Shown: one piece after another, positions 12,201-20,800 of the stretch
Layout of the letters: every line of letters starts with the position of its first letter
Numbering within the stretch: position 1 is the stretch's first letter
NCBI RefSeq assembly: GCF_018350175.1
Contig: NC_058368.1
Coordinates: 173,292,001-173,356,000 of the forward strand
Direction: 5' to 3'
DNA length: 64,000 nucleotides
From: Felis catus
Lineage: Eukaryota
Translations under genes and position numbers: made by a program
Notes under the pieces: model-generated
What the model was told of the DNA's origin: nothing
What the model saw: the letters and a program-made list of their open reading frames with translations, nothing else
Database searches by the model: none

Positions 12201-13470
12201 GCCCAGAGGCCTTGATGCTCCAGGGTCTTCAGAAGGAATGTCAGGAAGGAAGGCATATCAGGATCTGGCACAGGTTGTGAGTGTGGGGAAATGGAGAGGT
12301 AAGACATGAACCCAAATTTTGCCATCTCAGTCTGGGAAGGGTTCAGAGGAGTCTTATCCATGTCAGTAAATGGCTTCCACCCTGTCTGGCCTCTCTGCAG
12401 GAACTGGCACTAATGCCTGCTACATGGAGGAACTTCGGAATGTGGCAAGTGTGGCTGGGGATTCAGGCCACATGTGCATCAATATGGAGTGGGGAGCCTT
12501 TGGGGATGATGGCTCTCTGGGCTTGCTCAGAACCTGCTTTGATGCAAATGTGGACCAGGCATCCATCAACCCTGGCAAGCAGAGGTATGGGCTGGGTTGG
12601 AAAGAGGTGGCTGGTGGTGGCTGGCACTGGTTATGGTAGCAGGTAGCGTCTCCTGACCTTTGTGCACCTATGCTTTCTTGCAGTTTTGAGAAGATGATCA
12701 GTGGCATGTACCTTGGGGAGATCGTCCGCCACATTCTCTTGCATTTGACCAGCCTTGGAGTTCTCTTCCGGGGCCAGCAGACCCAGCGCCTTCAGACCAG
12801 GGACATCTTCAAGACCAAGTTTCTCTCTGAGATTGAAAGGTACCTGAGGCCTGCATTGCCTCCTTCCACCTCCCAAAGGAATCTATCCACTTTGGGTAAA
12901 ATTTTGGCTGGTGGGAGGTCCATTCCAGAGGATGGAGATGTCATGAGGTGGGAAAGCTAATGCAGGACTCTGGCTTTCTGTGCTTTCTTCCTTTCTTTCC
13001 TCAGTGACAGCCTGGCTCTGAGGCAGGTCCGAGCCATCCTGGAGGATCTGGGACTGCCCCTGACCTCAGATGATGCCCTGATGGTTCTGGAGGTGTGCCA
13101 GGCTGTGTCTCAGCGGGCTGCCCAGCTCTGTGGGGCGGGTGTGGCTGCTGTGGTGGAGAAGATCCGTGAGAACCGGGGCCTAGAAGAGTTGACTGTATCC
13201 GTGGGGGTGGATGGGACCCTCTACAAGCTGCACCCCCAGTGAGTCTGGGTGCTGGGCTGAGCAGGGAGGCATGGCTGGCTGGGGTCTGGCTGGCCTGGTC
13301 TTACCTCAGCCCCTCTCCTTCACAGCTTCTCTGGCCTGGTGGCAGCCACAGTCAGGGAGCTAGCCCCTCGCTGTGCGGTCACCTTCCTGCAGTCAGAAGA
13401 TGGGTCTGGCAAAGGTGCAGCCCTGGTCACTGCGGTTGCCTGTCGCCTTGCCCAGATGGACCATGTTTGA
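178..13470 (+). CDS. HK3: Hexokinase 3, complete spliced CDS (18 coding exons, 924 aa)
   Basis: join(178..273,3564..3726,3930..4084,4171..4290,4380..4475,5397..5496,5578..5761,6208..6363,6509..6742,7121..7416,7528..7667,7747..7866,10264..10359,10544..10643,12401..12584,12684..12839,13005..13238,13326..13470) = 2775 nt. All introns are GT-AG and the frame is continuous. Two hexokinase halves ([21 protein letters not shown] and [40 protein letters not shown]); HK3-type N-terminus MESIG...SDSSEL; convergent with UNC5A as in other mammals. Confidence 0.98.
667..900 (-). mobile_element. Young Can-SINE (SINEC_Fc-like), full length
   Basis: tRNA-derived head GGGGCGCCTGGGTGGCGCAGTCGGTTAAGCGTCCGAC, (CT)n body, poly(A) tail; perfect TSD AGAAAGTTGCATTCTT at 651-666 and 901-916; CpGs intact. 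Confidence 0.95.
1096..1287 (-). mobile_element. Older Can-SINE (SINEC)
   Basis: Diverged tRNA head, CT tract and A tail; TSD TCTTTTCTGTCATCT at 1081-1095 and 1288-1302. Confidence 0.92.
3564..3726 (+). CDS. HK3: HK3 exon 3 (163 nt)
   Basis: ccccag|[11 protein letters not shown]...[16 protein letters not shown]|gtgggt. Confidence 0.96.
3930..4084 (+). CDS. HK3: HK3 exon 4 (155 nt)
   Basis: [22 protein letters not shown]...GPGQQ|gtgaga. Confidence 0.97.
4171..4290 (+). CDS. HK3: HK3 exon 5 (120 nt)
   Basis: ccacag|[12 protein letters not shown]...[16 protein letters not shown]|gtgagg. Confidence 0.97.
4380..4475 (+). CDS. HK3: HK3 exon 6 (96 nt)
   Basis: [32 protein letters not shown]|gtgagt. 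Confidence 0.97.
5397..5496 (+). CDS. HK3: HK3 exon 7 (100 nt)
   Basis: [34 protein letters not shown]|gtgagc. Confidence 0.97.
5578..5761 (+). CDS. HK3: HK3 exon 8 (184 nt)
   Basis: [11 protein letters not shown]...VEWGSF...SLNPGAQ AG|gtggcc (weak donor, but size equals paralogous exon 16). Confidence 0.95.
6208..6363 (+). CDS. HK3: HK3 exon 9 (156 nt)
   Basis: ctatag|[21 protein letters not shown]...EHVTEME GA|gtaagt; missed by the ORF track. Confidence 0.96.
6509..6742 (+). CDS. HK3: HK3 exon 10 (234 nt)
   Basis: [17 protein letters not shown]...[14 protein letters not shown]|gtatgg. Confidence 0.96.
7121..7416 (+). CDS. HK3: HK3 exon 11 (296 nt, joins N- and C-halves)
   Basis: gtgtag|FLSILQETV...[17 protein letters not shown]...[16 protein letters not shown]|gtgagg. 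Confidence 0.96.
7528..7667 (+). CDS. HK3: HK3 exon 12 (140 nt, phosphate-1 motif)
   Basis: [28 protein letters not shown]...GSGQQ|gtactc. Confidence 0.97.
7747..7866 (+). CDS. HK3: HK3 exon 13 (120 nt)
   Basis: [12 protein letters not shown]...[16 protein letters not shown]|gtgagg. Confidence 0.97.
10264..10359 (+). CDS. HK3: HK3 exon 14 (96 nt)
   Basis: ccctag|[32 protein letters not shown]|gtgagg. Confidence 0.96.
10544..10643 (+). CDS. HK3: HK3 exon 15 (100 nt, catalytic Asp in VNDTVGT)
   Basis: [34 protein letters not shown]|gtgagg. Confidence 0.97.
10880..11090 (+). mobile_element. MIR (boundaries approximate)
   Basis: CTAGCTCTGCCACTT...TGACCTTGG...CTCAGTTTCTT...AAGATGGAGATAAT core. 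Confidence 0.65.
11260..11378 (+). mobile_element. Short Can-SINE lacking the CT tract
   Basis: GGGGTGCCTGGCTGG...CTCTTGATCTCAGG...A tail; TSD AAACTGACCAT at 11249-11259 and 11379-11389. Confidence 0.88.
12401..12584 (+). CDS. HK3: HK3 exon 16 (184 nt)
   Basis: [15 protein letters not shown]...[11 protein letters not shown]...SINPGKQ AG|gtatgg. Confidence 0.97.
12684..12839 (+). CDS. HK3: HK3 exon 17 (156 nt)
   Basis: [19 protein letters not shown]...KFLSEIE AG|gtacct. Confidence 0.97.
13005..13238 (+). CDS. HK3: HK3 exon 18 (234 nt)
   Basis: Long pyrimidine tract then cag|; [17 protein letters not shown]...[15 protein letters not shown]|gtgagt. Confidence 0.96.
13326..13470 (+). CDS. HK3: HK3 exon 19 coding part (stop TGA 13468-13470)
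   Basis: [47 protein letters not shown]. Confidence 0.97.
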
Positions 13471-13623
13471 AGAAGTCTCCAGGAACTACGCTTGCTGGAC
13501 CAGGGCCCAGGTCCTACCTGTCCCCAGCTACCCAGGACTCCCAGAATAGCCCAAATGTGGCCATTCTGTGGCCACTAGCCTTGATCTCTGGCTTTCTCAG
13601 AGAGAAGTAGCACTTGGGTTAGC

Positions 13624-13629
13624 AATATA
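13624..13629 (+). terminator. Candidate HK3 poly(A) signal (variant AATATA)
   Basis: Recognised hexamer variant ~155 nt after the stop, in the only AT-rich patch of the UTR. Confidence 0.55.
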
Positions 13630-13638
13630 TATATATAA

Positions 13639-13644
13639 TTTATT
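13639..13644 (-). terminator. UNC5A poly(A) signal AATAAA
   Basis: + strand TTTATT; on - strand the context is TGTAAATAAATTATATATAT, ~1 kb after the UNC5A stop. Confidence 0.85.
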
Positions 13645-14032
13645 TACATTCACGTCCGCTAAAATCCCTACGCACCCCGGCGGCCGGGCAAGGCTGTGTA
13701 CATAAGGCCAAGTGTAAGTGCACGAATGCACTTAAGACAGAGTCAGGGCACGAGCTTCACACAACAGACCCCGCATGGGGGAACCGGCCAGCCCCAGGAG
13801 CGGGCACGCCACGGCACGCACACTTGCCATTGTCCAGCCCGGGACTCCCATTGCATATTCACATGCCCTGTTGGGCAGGGCTCCTCCAGGCTGGGGGTAG
13901 GGGGAGGATCAGGGAGGAGCCATTGGGTGTCCCTGGGTGGGTGGGAGAAGGGCAGCATGTGAGAGGCAGATGTGGACTGATACTGGGTGTGAGAGACGTG
14001 AGTGGCCTCCAGGTGTACAGCATGAGATGAGC

Positions 14033-14054
14033 GTGTGTGTGTGTGTGTGTGTGT
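14033..14054. repeat. (GT)11 microsatellite in the UNC5A 3'UTR
   Basis: Read directly. Confidence 0.95.
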
Positions 14055-14647
14055 GAGGGGGAGTATGTGAGATGAGAACACGAGACATGCATGGGCACAT
14101 GCCCGTGCGGTGGTCGTGTGCCTGAACCCAGGGGCCGCCCCTTGTCCAGCTGTGGCCCTCAATCTAACAGGCTTGAAGCCAGGCCCCTCAGATGTGCCCC
14201 TACCTGGCAGGCACAGAAATGTTTGCATAAGGTCCAGCTCAGGCAGGAGCTCTGGGGGCCATGTCCCGAGCCCAGTGTGTGCGCGCATGCCCGTGTGTAT
14301 GCGGCCTCCTGGCCAGGGGCAGGAGGAGAGGTAGCATCACACGCACATACACACACACAGATGGGCTGGGCCTGGCTTGGGCTCTAGGCACTGTCCACCC
14401 TGGGTGGGCCCCAGAGGCCAGGGCATGGTCAGAGCAGGTGGCAGTGCCAGCCTGGCCAGGCAGGCCTTGGAGGGGCAGAAGTGTAGGCAGGGTCTGAAGG
14501 GCCAGTGTTAAGGGACAGTGTCTGCCAGGAGGGGGCCTGTCCACACAGCTCCCCCTGAGCATGGGGGAAGGGCCCCGTCTGGCATCTGTCCGTCCCTGGT
14601 GGGTGCCAAAGCTGGTGAGAGTGTAGGCGTTGTAGGCCTGGCTGGCC

Positions 14648-14813
14648 TCAGCACTCCGCCTCTGACACCGTGAAGAGGCCAGCGTCTGGCTGGCCCAGTC
14701 CGGCTACTGCTGCAGCCAGCTGGCTGAGGTTGCCGTTGGGGAAGTGCCGCGCCTCCCACAGGTTGAGGATCATGGCTGTGGGGCTGGGCTTGGAGGCAAA
14801 GAAGCTGAGATGG
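14648..14813 (-). CDS. UNC5A: UNC5A last exon coding part (death domain, EAEC*)
   Basis: [55 protein letters not shown]. Confidence 0.97.
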
Positions 14814-17800
14814 CTGTGGAGGGGGTGGGGAGGGGGGACAGGAGCCAGTCAGCGCCCTGCCTTACCCCAGGCTGTACCCTCCTGTCCCTCAGCCCACCCA
14901 AGGGCAGGACCTCCCCTCGACCAAGTGCACCGACCACCCTGGGTGCTGGTGGATGGGGTGCAAGGCCCACAGAGCTTCCTGTCCACCCCACCCATCCTAT
15001 CCCACCAGGATGGACTGCAGGTGGCCTTTGTAGCCCCTCCTTGCCCATCTCCCACCCACCTGTCCAGGTGGAGTTTCTGTGCCAGAGTCCGCCAGTCGGC
15101 ACCACGGCTACAGGGTGGGTCAAGGCTGGTAATGATCTTCTGCCGAATGAGGAAGGGGATCTTGAAGGCACTGGGGCCCACTAGGGCTGGGACCCCCCCT
15201 TCACTCTCCAGAGCCAGCAGCTCAGCAAATCTCGTGTCCTAGGGGAAGGAGGGGTGGAGGTGCCTCTTAGAACTTTCATGGCCCAGGCCCACTGCCACCT
15301 CCAGCTGGGGGAGTATCCAGATCACCTCAGAGCATAGGGGCAGCATGGGCAATTTCCTGGGCACCCCTGGTGTGCCAGGGCCCTGCTCACACCAGAGTTT
15401 AGAGGGTCCCAAGCCTCAGAGGTATGGTGACCTATCCAAAGTCACACAGCCAGTAAGCAGGAGAGCTGTCTAGCCTCACTCTCCTCCTCTCTCCCCATCA
15501 CTCTTCCCCAGGTCACCTCTACTGACCACTCAGAACTCACTGAACTCTTCTCACTGCCTTTGTCCTCCACACTCAGTTCCCACTGCCCCTTTTCACTCAT
15601 TGCTGCCTGTCTCTTACTCATCCTTCAAGGCACTGTACAAAGTTCCTCCTCCTGGAAGCCCCAGGGCCCCCAGGTGGCTCTGTCTATCCCTCCTGCTGCT
15701 CCCACATCTTCTTCCATCTCTACCCCATGTCAGATTGTGATTGCATCTGTCTGCACCTGTCCGTCTGCATCTGCACCTCTCTCCCTGGAGACTTGGAGGA
15801 AGCTGCTAAGCAGTTTCTAGGAGGAGGTGGGCTTGGTGGCAGGGTAGGCCCAGTGAGAAGGGGGGTGGGGGTGCGGGCACATTTCAGCAGTGCTGACGCC
15901 CCCTTCTGCCCACCTTGGTGATGTTGAAGTTGATATTGAAGCTCTGCCCATCACCTTCCACCTGCCACACCCACACCTTGCAGGCCAGATCACTGGTGCT
16001 GGGGCTGACGCGCTCCAAGGTGAAGGTGCAGTGCAGGTACTGCTGCGTGCCATTCCAGATGTGATAGAAGGGGATCTCCTGAGGAGACAGGCTGCGTCAG
16101 GCGTGCCCGGCATCGGGTGTGCCCACTCCAGGCACCCTGAGCGCCCTCACCTGGTAGCTGACGAGGAGCTTGCTCTTCCACAGGGAGCTGGGCACATCGT
16201 GGATGGACAAGCGTAGGTTGTGGTAACTGTCCTTGAAGTGAAGGACTCGAGGTTCCTGGATCAGCTGTCCTCCCAGCTGCTTCTCCAGCTGTACCACCTC
16301 CTGCGGCGCGCCCCAGGTTGTCAGCTGAGCCTGGGGCCCGGAGCACCCTCCCCACTGCCACCCCTCCCAGAGGACCTCCCCGTGGCAGGGTGGGGGCACG
16401 CGGTACCTTGAGTGCGTCGTGGGTATCATGTAGGCAGTAGACTCGGATGTTGTATTCAAGGGAGGTGCAGGCCACGGGGGCAAACAGGAGCAGCTTGAGG
16501 CGCTTGGTCGCGGCCACGCTGAGGGCCTCTCCCACCAGGGCAAAGCGGCCCAGCTGCTCGGTGAAGACATAGCAGGCGCCGGCCTCCAGCTGGCAGTAGT
16601 AGAGGTGGGAGGGTGCCTCCTCACCCAGGTGCAGCACATCCTGCAGGCAGGGCCCGATGGGTCAGCTCATGGCCAACTACAACTCTGAGGAGCAGCCAGA
16701 CTGGGGAGAGGGTGGCTCGAGGGCCAGATAGGAAGCCCAGGCTCCACGCTGAGCCCCGTGCTCAGGTGGGTGGGCTCAGGGCGGTTCCTGCTCACCTCCC
16801 AGCTGCCCTCACAGGACTGCTTTTTGAGGCGCAGGCTCCAGCTCTCCGGGCAGGGCTCCCCACAGTGGTCCATGGCGAGGATGACGGGCCGGGTGAGCAG
16901 GACTCCAGGGGGCCCGCAGCTAACGATGGGACTCAGCAGGGTCTGGCAGCCAGCTAGGGGCAACCTCAAGTGGGGAAATATGGGTGCGGAGGGAAAAGCA
17001 TCAGTGGGCTGTCTTGGGCGTTGGCTGGGGCAGGGTAGCGGCACCCCAGGTTGGTGGCCCCAGAGCTGGGTGGAGCTTATATGGGCAGTTCTTCCTTGCC
17101 CTCCCTATGGCTATGCCAGACCAAGTCTGACAGTGGGTGGGCAAGGGGCGTCATGGTAACTGAAGGCAGAGGGCAGAACCCGCCCAGCCCCAGCAGCAGG
17201 GCCCGCGCCCACACCTCACGTCCTCCGGCTTGTGCAGCGTGAGGTAGATCTCGTAGATCTTTCCTCGGGGTATGGCATCTGGGGGGATGAGGAGGCTGAT
17301 CCCTGTGACAAAGTGGGAGGAGGGCTGGGGTTTACCAGGGCTGCAAAGACACCAAACACCCCACTCTGCCAGCCTCTACCAGAGCCTCCCTTTGAGAACT
17401 GACCGGTGTCAGCCTGGCCTAGGGGACAGAGGTGCCACAGGCACTGCCAGGCTGTCCATGAGTCCTAGTGGCCCCAAGAGAGGTTGAGAGAACTCAGGTG
17501 GGACAAGCATGCTTAGTTAGCCTGGGCACAGAAAACTCTGGAACAAAATGTGTCAGGTATGCTATACCTACCTGACCCATCACCCAAAAGGCACTGGGTG
17601 GGACCAGGGCACTCCCTGCTTAAAACCTTCCCTGCCTCCAGTATAAGGTCCAGCTCCCTGACCTGGCATTTAAGACCCTTCACCTATGACCCCAATTGCC
17701 TTTCCAGCAGCTTCTTCGGCACAGCCTGTGCCATATACTTGGCCATTCTGGAGCCACTTTCCTGAGCACTCCTCTGCCTAGATGCCCTGCCCTCCTGCTC

Positions 17801-20800
17801 TGCTCAAGCTTTCCTCCTCTCCATTGGCCCTGGCCATCTTTGGGGATAGCCATTCTCGGCCACCATGACTTTGCTCCTCATTTGGCAGTGGCCCCTACAG
17901 ATGGGGCTGGGGCCTTTAACAACTTGGGTCCTTAGGTAGCCTTCCCTGGTTTGGGAGCCTTTGCACACACATCCTTCTGTCTGGCTGATTCACTTCCATA
18001 GCAGGGTCTTGCTGGGCAGCATCAAAAGTGCCTGCTCAGTGAGGAGTGGTTCCAGGGGAGGCACAATGGGACAGGAGCTGCAGAGTTCCTCTGGGGGATG
18101 GCAAAGGGTGGTCCTACTTCACCTTCCTGTTCTTTTAGGGCAGGGAGTCCCTACATCAGAAGGGGCTTCAGAGGCTAGTGACCAGGGAAGAGAAGGAATT
18201 CTACGACTTTATCCCACCAAGTCCAAAAGCTTACATTTATGCTCTGAGTGGGTAACTCTGAGATGGGCTACTTGGAATATCACTACTTCCCAGAAACTGA
18301 AGCCCAGGAGATGGCATATTTACAGCTACTGCTCCCTTCATCAGCTCTGTGCTGCCTCCTGCTACTGGCTGCCAGTGTTGGTGGCAGTTCCAGAGATCCA
18401 CATATGAATGCTCTCTGTGGCAGAGGTATACACACTTGCACACTCATTCAATGAATGCTAATGTTGAGTACTTGAAGCAGTGAGGGAAAACCATGGGCCC
18501 TGCTCTCATGAGGCGTCAGCCCCGTGGGTAGAAACACAAGTGGATGGTGGTTAAGGGTGCTAGGGGAGAGCAGGGAGGAGCAGCAGCCCCCCTGCCCCAG
18601 GGGAAATGAGAGGCTGATGGTCACTGAGTGCCCACTGTGCCTATCCTAAGAGCTTGACATGGACCATCTCACCTCATCATCCTAGCAGCCCCGTGAGGAG
18701 GACATGAGGCACAGAGAGGGAGAGCTGCCAGGCCAAGACCTGAATGAGAAGTAGCAGATGAGTCAGTGAATGGGGGCAGAGGGATCTGTGTGTGCAAAGG
18801 GCAGCATGGTGTGCTTGGAGTTCTGAGAGCCCACCATGACTGCCACGTGCAGGAAAAGAGTGCATAGGAGGGTAGGGGCCACTGTAGCTGGCTGGCAGGG
18901 GACAGGACACTGTGGCTGTGTCATGTGGGCTTTGTGGGGGGCACTGTGAAGCCCCCAAAGCAGTTGGAGAAGGGGAGGGACATGATTAAGTCTGGTGTCA
19001 TTGGGTGAATGCTTGAGGTAGGTGTGGTGGCCTGAGCCCGAAAAGGTAGTAGGGAGGAGAGCCAGGAGGATGCAGAAACATTTGAGGAGGAAGAATGATG
19101 GAATTGGTGTGTGACTGACTAAAGCTGTTGTGGAGGTGAGGGGGGACAAGTGAAAAAGACCAGGAAGTCACAGTGACCTCCAGTTTCTGGCTTGAGCCAC
19201 TTGACTTTGCTGTCCCTGAGGTGGGGAAAGCCAGGAAGCAGGAAGTTCTGGGGGAGGGTGGGAGACAGTGCTGTTTTAGGCATCAGGAATCTGAGGTGCT
19301 GTGAGACATCCAGATGGAGCTGCCCAGGAGGCAGCTGGGTGTATGATTCTGTCGCCCAGGAGAAATGTGGCTGGGGCTGGAGGAGTGGGAGTGATCTGCA
19401 CAGACATGGCGATTAAAGCCATGGAGTAGGCGCAACTGCTCGGCGAGAGGGTGCCAGGAGGGAGCTCTCAGGAACACCTACATTCAGGGAACAGGCACCA
19501 GGAGCAGCTGGAGAGGGGCAAGAAAATCAGGGGCATGTGGGGTCATCTCAGCTGAGGGGATAGAAAATTTCAAGGTGGGAACATCAGAGGCTGCTGTGCT
19601 TCCTCAAAAGGTCTTCAGTAGAGATTACTGAAAATCTTTAAAAAAGGATGACTGTGGAAGGGATCTGTGGATTCTCTATCAAGAGGGGTTTCCGCGAGGT
19701 GGTGGGTGGGGGATGCCATGTTCAGGTGTTTGTGGTCTGCCATCTCTCCACTAGTTTGCCAGTTCCTTGGGGCTGGCACCTGTCCTACCTCTGGGCTCAG
19801 GGTCCAACGTAGAGTCCAGCACACACAGGCTGGCTGACTGTGGAAATGAATGGACAGAAGTCCTGTCCCTTAGGTAACAGAAGGGAGACACTCAGGCCAT
19901 GGCCTCAGTGTCAGCCCTACTGCCAGCCGCGACTGGATCCTCTCCAAAACTCTATCCCCTTTCCTTGCTGGCCTGGCTCAGCACTTGGGATGAGGCTGAG
20001 CAGCACAGGAAGAACATCAGAGCTGTCCCATCCTCCTCCAGGAGAGACACAAAGGCTAGTCTTGCCTTTTAGAGTTCCCCGGGGCACTCTGGGGTCCTTC
20101 CCACCTGTATTAGGGATCATCAGCCGTCCCCCGAGGAAGTTGAAGGTCCCGTAGGTCATGTTGCTGGTGCCGCGGGGCAGGGAGCGGAAGTAGTTCTGGG
20201 TAGAGAGGCGGGAGACGAAGTCCTCGGCCTCAGAGGTGGGTGAGCTGTGGTGCAGCGTGTGGCGCCCACCACCCAGCGGGCTGAGCAGGTGCCCATTGGC
20301 GAGCTGGAACTTAGGGCTTGGCCCATCCTGCCGGGGACACAGACTGCCCTGGCAGGTGGTGGTGGTGGTGCTGAGGTCTGGCTGGATGGTGAGCAGGTGG
20401 GGATTGTCTGCAAGGGTAAAGACAGACTCAGTGAGTGGCACTGAGGTGATCTCTTGGGCAGCTCTTGGTGTGGGGGCCCGGCAGGAGTAGGGGCGAGGGG
20501 CACCCCACCTGCTTTGCTGGGCTTGATGCTGACAGGCTGGAAGCCTGAGGTGAGTATGGACGAGTCAGCCACATCTGAGTCTAGCCCTTCCTTCTTCCGG
20601 CAATAAACAAGGATGAGGACGAGCAGCAGCAGGAGGAGGCACACAGCCACAGCAATTAGGCCCACGTAGAGGGCCACGTCCTCGGGCCCGGAAGCAGCTG
20701 CGGGAAAGAGCGTGGCCTTGGGAGGGGCAGGGTGCAGCAGGCCGGGAAGGAGAGGTCAGTGGTCTACACCCCAGGAGGATGAGGCGCTCACTCCTTGGGC

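Larger units (their letters stand above)
13471..13648 (+). other. HK3: HK3 3'UTR (3' end approximate)
   Basis: Follows the stop codon; no AATAAA on + strand; only candidate signal seen is variant AATATA at 13624-13629. Confidence 0.6.
13620..14647 (-). other. UNC5A: UNC5A 3'UTR (~1 kb; 3' end approximate)
   Basis: Runs from the TGA at 14650-14648 to just past the AATAAA at 13644-13639; contains a (CA)11 tract. Confidence 0.8.
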
